A DNA stretch of 32,000 bases from contig CP064964.1 in assembly GCA_016699205.1 (NCBI GenBank), positions 300,001 to 332,000 on the forward strand, in the 5' to 3' direction. The translations under genes were made by a program, and so were the position numbers. How positions within the stretch are numbered: position 1 is the stretch's first letter; each line of letters starts with the position of its first letter. A model generated the notes under the pieces. The model did no database searches and was not told the DNA's origin. It saw only the letters and a list, made by a program, of their open reading frames with translations. Below, in pieces: positions 17,601 through 24,375 of this stretch. This stretch comes from Candidatus Saccharimonadota bacterium (GTDB lineage: Bacteria > Patescibacteriota > Patescibacteriia > 2-12-FULL-60-25).

Positions 17601-17632
17601 CGGCGGTGAAGGCGCCCTGCCAGCTCGGCCAA
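14630..17632 (-). CDS. cysteine-rich repeat surface protein, probably the C-terminal part of a split giant gene
   Basis: At least 7 CG[ND]G/CGDN...GE.CD.GN units (for example SCGDGRVDPAEECDDGNRNNTDSC). A CarboxypepD_reg-like module (ARVTLYSRGVRIGETYTGSDGTFRF), then a beta-rich unassigned C-domain. The ORF has no ATG for about 380 codons and no signal peptide, and the tracked 'M' is a TTG inside the preceding ORF. The start is therefore unresolved. Confidence 0.7.
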   Translation of the reverse strand: MAELAGRLHRRAWYNASGRSGQPFLNLWYLCNGRCSLYGDLNQHSVSRIYQYRALNAGQRYELSTELEGPSADRYRPRLLSEIRRCTNIDSVCNVDSDCTVPGPGGPPLSTGSCVATGGSWRYGGLCDGSSFGNDSICGNGVIGPGEICEVGDTRPAACSTAAVPSGTKLQVCDRCTSFVDSPSSICVANALCGNGRLDRNQCLGGAGFRYGQACNTPGSAEECRDPRDAASSSIVCTALAVPETCDDGALNGTYGRCNRTCTGFDAYCGDGRLSPGESCDQGASNGQYCAPGTCSPASTCSIDCRGPAPYCGDGSITAPNEQCDGNTQASNKALCIDGPNRFSPCDTNADCGAGFTCGGSGAGALLACTGTLGLCSNDMNGNSLLDDSCTTNADCLLTVPTRDEGSCIQYPTQRVRSCKSDTTLADACSFNDWSACQPIGSCGDGRVDPAEECDDGNRNNTDSCTSLCKRNICGDNFVNVGTEECDNGPRNGTLSCDADYGSTCLSCSATCRQVASSGGFCGNAVKEGPEQCDRTDFDGDPATTNDPTPSCRELGYDYAREVSCAHYPYIRDTRTGEIVCVNRNATSISDIGLCRFSITTDTESVPGSLTRAALPAIGAEAACMPNASTCAPGTLCATPHDPRGDQVSCNTGCGFNGCARCSEEEGDGEITAQVFDAIYSNQPVPNARVTLYSRGVRIGETYTGSDGTFRFNNINRVAACSQYRIVVDYYQDNPCTGNASGRPECRGQIWPSGLTAPDEARNGGYWPFESQTFGYNNFLSRGINDTEGKIYLAPRVGRDETLVIQTWNGELPPGGFTDAHVTLPTAMAPTRDIYYGGPGNPDIDGANPHGFLACFHSDGSVGCGSFDVSPQTIKYKRGTWALTGRYGYYLVDWSPTITPSIPSYQYFESVSTTVRIVTEDRLFVVKPPTSVPTDAGCSDEPLDRKGKYWHVFSQEAGSGAITIPGAGRGLLLCNGSHQYGDTFPGEGVPLPGPVQSPGS
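16020..17380 (-). repeat. array of Myxococcus-type cysteine-rich repeats (protein level)
   Basis: Read in translation: CGNGVIGPGEICE, CGNGRLDRNQC, CGDGRLSPGESCDQG, CGDGSITAPNEQCDGN, CGDGRVDPAEECDDGN, CGDNFVNVGTEECDNG, CGNAVKEGPEQCD. Confidence 0.7.
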
Positions 17633-20600
17633 CGGCTGTTGCTCATGGTCTGCAAGAAGGAACCGGTCTGAAGATCAGGATATTTGCTTGTGCGTTCTTT
17701 GACGGACTCAAGCGAGTCGCTCATGCGCTGGAAGTCGGCGATGCGCTTGATGTCGCGCTGCATCTTGGTCTTGAAGCTGGCACAGCGGAGATTACGGTTC
17801 TGATTGAGACATTCCCAATCTGCCGTACAGGCAACAGAACGACCATCGGCACCGCGGAATGACTCACCGGCTACACGAGCGCCATCGGCCAAAGCGTAAA
17901 CACAGGCGTTCTGCGAATCTTCTTGCAGGTTTACGTTCAGGACAAAATTCTTGACCATCTGATCAAAAATATCGATCGTTTCTGGCTGTGCGTCCGGATT
18001 GCGGGAGATAACGTAAATATTTGGATAAATATCGCCGGAAGCGAGACCTGTCGTGTTTACAGCGCCGATGTAGACCGTGTTGCCATCTTGAACCGCTTCG
18101 TAACCATCGACCGTGATCGCTTTTGGCGAACCGGAGAAACCCTTGGAGGCGTACCAAGCAGATGGCGACTGGTGAAGTGGGTTGGCAACGATACGGATAC
18201 CGATACCATCGCCGCGGAGAGATGGTTCATTGAAGGTAAAGAGATATTGGCGAAGAATTCCGAGACCAGCGTCAACCGGAGACGGAGCCACACCCGCGAC
18301 ATCCATCGCTGGAAGATCATCCGCTGTACCGGCAGCGTTTTTGTCGCGGCAGTAGAGCGTCGAGAAGTTGTAGTAGACACCGCTTGCGGCAAATGTTGGT
18401 TCGTAGAGAGCAAGCGAATCGGAATCAAGACTGTCCGAGAATGGTGCGACGGTGCGTGCTGGCCACGGATTTTCACACAAAAGCACGGTCGCGAGTTCAC
18501 TGCCGCGAATAATACGATTCGTTGACGACGGAACCGTGATTTCATCGTGCGTGATACGGATGCCTGTTGAGACATACGCCGTACCGTTTTTGTTACGGGC
18601 GGCACCGGTTGCGCGGACAGGATCAGCACCCGGGGTTACACCGAGAATCGTGTCATCGGATGTGTTCCAGAGATCCCAAGTCCAGTCATATTCTGCGACC
18701 GTTGAGAGCGGGACGTTGCGTCCATCCTGCAAAGAAACCGGAACAGCCGTGTATGGATGCTCTTCCGCTGGAGCGACGTACAAGTTTGGATGCTCCGTGC
18801 TTAGATCGCGGACATCGATAGAGGAAACGGTACAGATGTTTGCGCCTGTGCGGAAATTCCACTGGATCGGGCCGTTGGATACGACGCCACGGAAGGTGCG
18901 GACACCATCCCTAACGGCCGGATTATCGAGCAAGTCATTGTCGCCGCGGAAGGTGATGCGGTATTCCGTATTTGGCTTGAGTGCACGCTCAAGCGAGAAC
19001 GTTACGATAGAACCCGTGCTCGTATTACTGGAATCGATGTTGAGGCGGCCGCGCACTTCTCCGACACAGAAGACATCGGCGTTGGCTGGCTGAGCGTTGA
19101 ACATCGAGATGAAATTCACCCAAGCCTTCTGCCACCATGGCAGGCCGGTTGTATCGATCTGCATGACGGTCGTGGTTGTGCCTGCGGGACAGACCGCTGC
19201 TGCGCCAACGATACGTTCAGCCACGACAAAGTTGGCGCGTACCGAACCTTCGTCGAGACGTGTGTTGAAATTAGCGGTGATGAGCGCGTTGCGGCAGATA
19301 CCCGTGCCGGTCGGAAGGGCTGGCGGATATTGCGAAACAACGGTGGGACGAGGGGCGCAGCAGCCGTGATCGTCGAGGCCGGTTCCGGCAGGACAAGATG
19401 ATTCTTGTGTGAATCCACACTGCAAGCCGTACGTTGCATTGCCCGTCTTGTCATCGTAGACAGCGCGGACGGTGGAGAGCATGCGGCCATCGGTATCCGG
19501 TTCACGATCACCAACAATTTCTGCGAGCTGGAGCGCGTCCGGCAAACCATCGCCAGAAGCGACTTCACAAGAGTTGATTTCACCCGGACCCGTGACGCCG
19601 TCGCCGCAGAATGAAGGGGTTCCGTAGTCTGGAGACGAGCCTTCCGCGAGACAGGTTGCGCTACAGCCGTCACCCTGGTTGCGATTGCCGTCGTCACAAT
19701 CCTCCCCTGCTCCGATAGAGCCGTTGCCACAGCAGTTACCAGCACCAGAACCCGAGCATGCTGACGTACCAGTTCTCAAACACGTTGTCGTGTCGCAGCC
19801 AGCCGGGAATACGCCGCCGACGCGGTCACAAGTTTCGCCTGGCTCAACCGTACCGTTACCACAAAGTGCGAGCACAGCTGAAGAACCCTCGTGGAGACAG
19901 ATCGAGCTGCAGCCGTCGCCGTTTGCGGTGTTGCCGTCGTCACAAGCTTCACCATCGCCAATGGAATTGTTTCCACAGGTTGAGCCGCCTTCGCTTGAAC
20001 CAAGAAGCTGACAGTCGCTGAAACAACCAGGCGTGGTTGAGGATGCCGCGCCAGGATCACATTGTTCACCGCGATCAAGAAGACCGTTGCCACAGCTTCC
20101 ACCGACAAGAGGACGCCACAAACAGCTTGAGTTACAGCTTGCGGATGGCGAACCATCATCACACTCTTCTCCGCCTCGTGAACCCGGAGGCAGTAAACGA
20201 CAGGCGTCGCCGTGAATCGTGCGGCAGCCTACAGCGCCAGCGCCCGAAGTCGCACATGCGCCGCTACCGGCTGCGTTGCGGCAGTAGTTGGCATCCGTTG
20301 TTTCAACAACGCGGTTTCCACAAGAAGCGACGCGGCCATCGAGACCAGCGGCTCCGCGCGGTGTGCAGCGATTTGAACAACCCGGACCAATCGCAGGATT
20401 TGTATCAACAAGACCATCGGCGACGGTAGAGCCATCGCCACCGTTTACGAATTTGGACACGGTTGGCGTCTGTTCAATCGACCAAGCAAAGGTGCGATCA
20501 ACGATCAGGGGCTCGCCTTCTGCGTTACACGAGTTGGCGCCGGAACGAGGCGTGGCCGTGAATGACTGACGTTCACCAACGGTTGTCTCGATCTTTTCTC

Positions 20601-23067
20601 CTGGAACCATCACGACAGCCTCGACGGTACAGCGGGCATTGTCGCCATCCTTCACACGGAAAATCCATGAGAAGCCTTCCGGGTCATTCAAGCCGGTGAG
20701 CGGGAGACCGGAGCGAGAGCGGAAGGAACCCATGCCGCCCAAAACCGTCATCTTGTAGAATCGTCCGCGCTGCAAAAGCGTTTCCGGAACGCCACCCGCA
20801 CCCGGACGTGTCGGCTCAATCACGAGATAACGAAGAGATGTATCGCCTGCCGGAGCGCCTGGGAGAGCAGTTAGACGGATCGGTGAAGCGCTCAAATCGA
20901 CGGTATCTTCAAAGGTGCGACAATTTTCATTGGTACACAATCGCAAAATAACATTATCGGTGTCGACGCTAGCCGCATCCATCGGAACGTTGAAGCGAGC
21001 CCAAATTGCTGCGTTCAAACAAGCTTCATCACAATTTGGTCCGTATGACTCGATCTTTGGAGGAACGAGACGGATAAAGAGATCGCCGCGACCATTGACC
21101 GAGCGGCCGCCGGAGACCGTGGATGCGTTTACGCGGACCGGATCAGCGCCGGTTTCTGCGTTGGAAGTGACAACCTGATTTTCTGAGACACGGCCGGCGA
21201 CGGAGTTATTCGTAACAGATGCGCGGCCATCGCTCGTGGTCCAAGACCAGTTGTAGACATCGCCACGCAAGACGATACAGGCATCATCTGCGGCTCGAGG
21301 GACGGCGTTGTAGTCTTGATCGATACCGACATCGTCCATGGTATGAGGTGATGGAACGACGTTGATCGAACCGACTTCACACAATGTTCCGGCCGTACGC
21401 GTTGTAAATGTGAAACAGTAAGCATTGCCGGAGCCACAATCATCCGCGTTCTCTCGCATCGGAACGTTGGTTGATGACTGGATGCCGGTCGTCAAAATAA
21501 CTTGGTACGTCGCGACGCCATCCCAAAGAGCGGCGGAGCGGAAACGAATGAAGCCTTGGCCGTCGCTTTCACCGATTTGCGGATAACCGGCGGCTGGTGA
21601 AACAGGTACGGTCGTCGTACATGGCGTTGCACCACCAGCGGTACATTGACGAATGACGAGGCTGGCTGTCGCACCGGAAATCGTGACGGTTGAAGCATTG
21701 AGCGGCGTGTTGAAACGAATGTAGATATCCGAGTTCACACATGCATTGTCACCACCGGTGCGGCCGGACCATGGGGACGGAGATGGCGGTCTTAAATCAC
21801 TACACTCTTCAATGACTCGCGGGTTAACCGGGAGAATACCGCTTGAAAGACGCCATGCGAACATCGCTGATGGCGAGGAGGCTGGACAAACACCGCTGCT
21901 ATCCGAACAGGCACCGCTGCGGCAGCAAACCGATCCGGCGACGGAACAGATGGAAGCATCTTCATTACAGTTACGAACGGCAAAATTTACCGAGTTTGAT
22001 GATTGGCCGGAGACACTCAAATTCACTTGTCCTGTGATCGCGGCTGTTGGTACGCGCGTGTCGACACGCGATGAGGTCCAATCCCCTGCGGTTACAACGG
22101 ATGGGACGCGCGTAGCGCCAGAGCCCGCGAATGTGACGGTTCCATCACCTCCAAAACGCTCACCGATCAAAGCGACTTCCGTATCAACCGGGCCAGCGAC
22201 CGGAACAATGGCACAAATACCTGGGCGAGGTGTTGCGGTGTTTACGACAAAAGGCAATGTATTGCTGCGAACCGTGTCCTGACGCTCAACCTCGACCTGA
22301 TAGGTTCCAGGCGACATGGCTTCATCGCCAAGACCGGCACGGATGGTGCGTGGAACTTTGACCGTGATCGTCGTATCAGACCAGAACGCGACGGAACAGG
22401 CGGCAGGAAAATCCGTGTCAGCGATCGCGACATCGGATGCGCCACGACGCAAGTACACGCGACCAACGCGTGAACCGAAGTTGCGGCCTTGAATCGTTAC
22501 GTACTCGCTAACAGGACCGTTATCTGGCGAGAGACTGACGATTTCCGGACCAGCCGTGACCGTGCGCTCATTAATACGATACGCAACGCTGTTGGAAAGG
22601 ATTCCGCCAGAACGAGCTGTTACGGCGTAGCTTGCCGGAGAAATAACCGGAGCATTGAGGGCGATACGATCATCAGCCCATGACAAGAAGGAAGAAATTT
22701 CTCGGTCGTTGAAGAAAACGCGATCCGATGAAGCACCGAGACCTGTACCAACGAGATCGGTGCGCTCCCCCGCCAAACCATTATTAGGATCAGCGGCACA
22801 CAAACCTGGGCGAGCAACATCGTTTACATCAAATGGATCGAGGCGCGGACCGCGATCATCGTTGGAAATATCATTTAAACCAGCTGCGTTGATGAGTTGG
22901 ATTGGGCCGTCAACAGCACCATCTGGAACGGCGACAACAACCTGCGTACGGGACCAGGTCGGGATACCGGCGGCGACACAGGCGGCAGGAGCGGTTGCGA
23001 CTTGGCCGTCGGCAAAGATGATCTGGCCGGTTGAGCTACCAAAGTTAGAACCGGAAATCGTTACCAA
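17509..23067 (-). CDS. giant cysteine-rich surface protein (IPT/TIG, SbsA/Big_5-like Ig modules, Cys-rich repeats); coding signal continues upstream to 23154
   Basis: 1852 codons. Four IPT/TIG-like modules (VTISGSNFG, TDLVGTGLG, VTIQGRNFG, VALIGERFG). Ig-like modules with the I.IRFN.P[LM][DN]..[ST]V pattern. Six CG[ND]G..GE.CD units. The tracked start is a TTG in the middle of an IPT module, and no signal peptide is present. Confidence 0.8.
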   Translation of the reverse strand: MVTISGSNFGSSTGQIIFADGQVATAPAACVAAGIPTWSRTQVVVAVPDGAVDGPIQLINAAGLNDISNDDRGPRLDPFDVNDVARPGLCAADPNNGLAGERTDLVGTGLGASSDRVFFNDREISSFLSWADDRIALNAPVISPASYAVTARSGGILSNSVAYRINERTVTAGPEIVSLSPDNGPVSEYVTIQGRNFGSRVGRVYLRRGASDVAIADTDFPAACSVAFWSDTTITVKVPRTIRAGLGDEAMSPGTYQVEVERQDTVRSNTLPFVVNTATPRPGICAIVPVAGPVDTEVALIGERFGGDGTVTFAGSGATRVPSVVTAGDWTSSRVDTRVPTAAITGQVNLSVSGQSSNSVNFAVRNCNEDASICSVAGSVCCRSGACSDSSGVCPASSPSAMFAWRLSSGILPVNPRVIEECSDLRPPSPSPWSGRTGGDNACVNSDIYIRFNTPLNASTVTISGATASLVIRQCTAGGATPCTTTVPVSPAAGYPQIGESDGQGFIRFRSAALWDGVATYQVILTTGIQSSTNVPMRENADDCGSGNAYCFTFTTRTAGTLCEVGSINVVPSPHTMDDVGIDQDYNAVPRAADDACIVLRGDVYNWSWTTSDGRASVTNNSVAGRVSENQVVTSNAETGADPVRVNASTVSGGRSVNGRGDLFIRLVPPKIESYGPNCDEACLNAAIWARFNVPMDAASVDTDNVILRLCTNENCRTFEDTVDLSASPIRLTALPGAPAGDTSLRYLVIEPTRPGAGGVPETLLQRGRFYKMTVLGGMGSFRSRSGLPLTGLNDPEGFSWIFRVKDGDNARCTVEAVVMVPGEKIETTVGERQSFTATPRSGANSCNAEGEPLIVDRTFAWSIEQTPTVSKFVNGGDGSTVADGLVDTNPAIGPGCSNRCTPRGAAGLDGRVASCGNRVVETTDANYCRNAAGSGACATSGAGAVGCRTIHGDACRLLPPGSRGGEECDDGSPSASCNSSCLWRPLVGGSCGNGLLDRGEQCDPGAASSTTPGCFSDCQLLGSSEGGSTCGNNSIGDGEACDDGNTANGDGCSSICLHEGSSAVLALCGNGTVEPGETCDRVGGVFPAGCDTTTCLRTGTSACSGSGAGNCCGNGSIGAGEDCDDGNRNQGDGCSATCLAEGSSPDYGTPSFCGDGVTGPGEINSCEVASGDGLPDALQLAEIVGDREPDTDGRMLSTVRAVYDDKTGNATYGLQCGFTQESSCPAGTGLDDHGCCAPRPTVVSQYPPALPTGTGICRNALITANFNTRLDEGSVRANFVVAERIVGAAAVCPAGTTTTVMQIDTTGLPWWQKAWVNFISMFNAQPANADVFCVGEVRGRLNIDSSNTSTGSIVTFSLERALKPNTEYRITFRGDNDLLDNPAVRDGVRTFRGVVSNGPIQWNFRTGANICTVSSIDVRDLSTEHPNLYVAPAEEHPYTAVPVSLQDGRNVPLSTVAEYDWTWDLWNTSDDTILGVTPGADPVRATGAARNKNGTAYVSTGIRITHDEITVPSSTNRIIRGSELATVLLCENPWPARTVAPFSDSLDSDSLALYEPTFAASGVYYNFSTLYCRDKNAAGTADDLPAMDVAGVAPSPVDAGLGILRQYLFTFNEPSLRGDGIGIRIVANPLHQSPSAWYASKGFSGSPKAITVDGYEAVQDGNTVYIGAVNTTGLASGDIYPNIYVISRNPDAQPETIDIFDQMVKNFVLNVNLQEDSQNACVYALADGARVAGESFRGADGRSVACTADWECLNQNRNLRCASFKTKMQRDIKRIADFQRMSDSLESVKERTSKYPDLQTGSFLQTMSNSRWPSWQGAFTAELGTTPPADPVNRFLTCGICATGGAPCMEI
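19560..20400 (-). repeat. array of Myxococcus-type cysteine-rich repeats (protein level)
   Basis: Read in translation: CGNRVVETTDANYC, CGNGLLDRGEQCDPG, CGNNSIGDGEACDDGNTANGDGC, CGNGTVEPGETCD, CGNGSIGAGEDCDDGNRNQGDGC, FCGDGVTGPGEINSCE. Confidence 0.7.
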
Positions 23068-23154
23068 GGTGCCTGGACGTCCATCTGGAGGCGTGATGCG
23101 GGAAATGATCGGCTGCTCTACACAAACACCACCGGAGCAGACGCCGCTCGCACA

Positions 23155-24375
23155 TTAGGAACCACTAGTACACGCGCCACCGGAACAGGCACCACAGCTT
23201 GCACCTCCGCAGTCGATATCGGTTTCATCTTCATCGCGTGCGCCGTTAAAACAATGGAGAGGGCGAACCATGACGGAAACCGTTGCACTGTCTCCCGTGT
23301 TGGAGTCGATATCATGCGCGGTGGCGCGGAGCGACATTGGACCTGGAGCAATTCCAGCCGTATCCCAGGCGACGTCGGCCGTCATATCGCGCACCGTTGA
23401 AGAGCCCGGAGCCGCACCGATGCCGATGGAATCGCTACCAACAAATGCTTCAATAAATGAAACGCCTGCGTCATCAGAAGCTTGGAGCGAAACGATTACG
23501 AGGTCGTCTGCCGGAACACTCTGTCCATTAAATGGCGAGGTGATTGCTGCTGTTGGGTCTGCCGTATCGACGAGGTTGCCGGTTGTAAAGCGTCCTTCAC
23601 AAACAGGAGAAAAACCTCCACAAGAGATCGTTTGACCAGTTGATGAGCGGAGACCGGAAGCGATCTGTGTAATGAATTCCGTATCGCCATCAAAACAATT
23701 GCGCGTTTCATTTGGAGCGGGACATGCGGCACTAGGAACAAATGTCGCGATTTGACCTGTTACGGTAAGCGTTCCGGCAACAGGTGCCGAGTCGGAAGCG
23801 CGCAAAACACGAATGTTAGCGTTTGCTGTTGTGCTGTCGATGTTACGGGAAAGGATGAAGCGAACTTCAATATTGCGGATCGGTACCGAGCCTCCCGGAG
23901 AAATCGAAACAACCTGGAATGCCGAGGAACCGCCGCCGCCTGGCAAGACACCGCCGCCACCAGGTCCACCGCCGCCTCCTCCCCCACCACCACCGCCCGT
24001 TGCACTCAAAAGTGAATTGATAACGAAGCTTGCAATTGCCCAAGATGACAAAATCAGAACAACGCCGATGATGGCGTTACGAATCATGAGTTTGGCGCGC
24101 TCGACTTGCTCTGCATTACCGCCGCTCGTCATCCACAAAAAGCCTGCATACAAGATGAGGCAGAGCATGATGATCGCCAGCAAGCCAAGTGTCACGTTGA
24201 TGATGCGTGCTGCGATGACACGCGGATCTGTTGCACTCAAACCAATGGTACCGCCGACCTCAGCCAAACCGGCGTCGACTTGGGCATGGACGACGGTTGG
24301 AACAAACGCCATCGACCCAGTCATGAGTGACAGGGTCGTCAGGAAGGCGAGGGCCAAGGAGCGGAGCTTGATCAT
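23155..24375 (-). CDS. VirB2/TrbC-like (CPR 'T4SS pilin'-type) N-domain fused to Ig-like modules and a Cys-rich tail
   Basis: Signal peptide ending VHA/Q. Two hydrophobic helices flank YAGFLWMTSGGNAEQVERAKLMIRNAIIG. A G11-PGGGG hinge, then two Big_5-like modules. Ends HCFNGARDEDETDIDCGGASCGACSGGACTSGS-TAA. ATGA overlap with the upstream paralog. Confidence 0.7.
   Translation of the reverse strand: MIKLRSLALAFLTTLSLMTGSMAFVPTVVHAQVDAGLAEVGGTIGLSATDPRVIAARIINVTLGLLAIIMLCLILYAGFLWMTSGGNAEQVERAKLMIRNAIIGVVLILSSWAIASFVINSLLSATGGGGGGGGGGGPGGGGVLPGGGGSSAFQVVSISPGGSVPIRNIEVRFILSRNIDSTTANANIRVLRASDSAPVAGTLTVTGQIATFVPSAACPAPNETRNCFDGDTEFITQIASGLRSSTGQTISCGGFSPVCEGRFTTGNLVDTADPTAAITSPFNGQSVPADDLVIVSLQASDDAGVSFIEAFVGSDSIGIGAAPGSSTVRDMTADVAWDTAGIAPGPMSLRATAHDIDSNTGDSATVSVMVRPLHCFNGARDEDETDIDCGGASCGACSGGACTSGS

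Noticed and set aside
17509-17674. Programmed -1 ribosomal frameshift as the preferred explanation of the ORF junction
   Set aside because: I could find no X XXY YYZ slippery heptamer in the overlap. An indel, pseudogenisation or an assembly error is simpler. It is kept as a finding but not called programmed.
14630-23067. Diversity-generating retroelement targeting the giant surface protein
   Set aside because: No reverse transcriptase ORF and no template/variable repeat pair that I could spot. This cannot be fully excluded without a computational repeat search.
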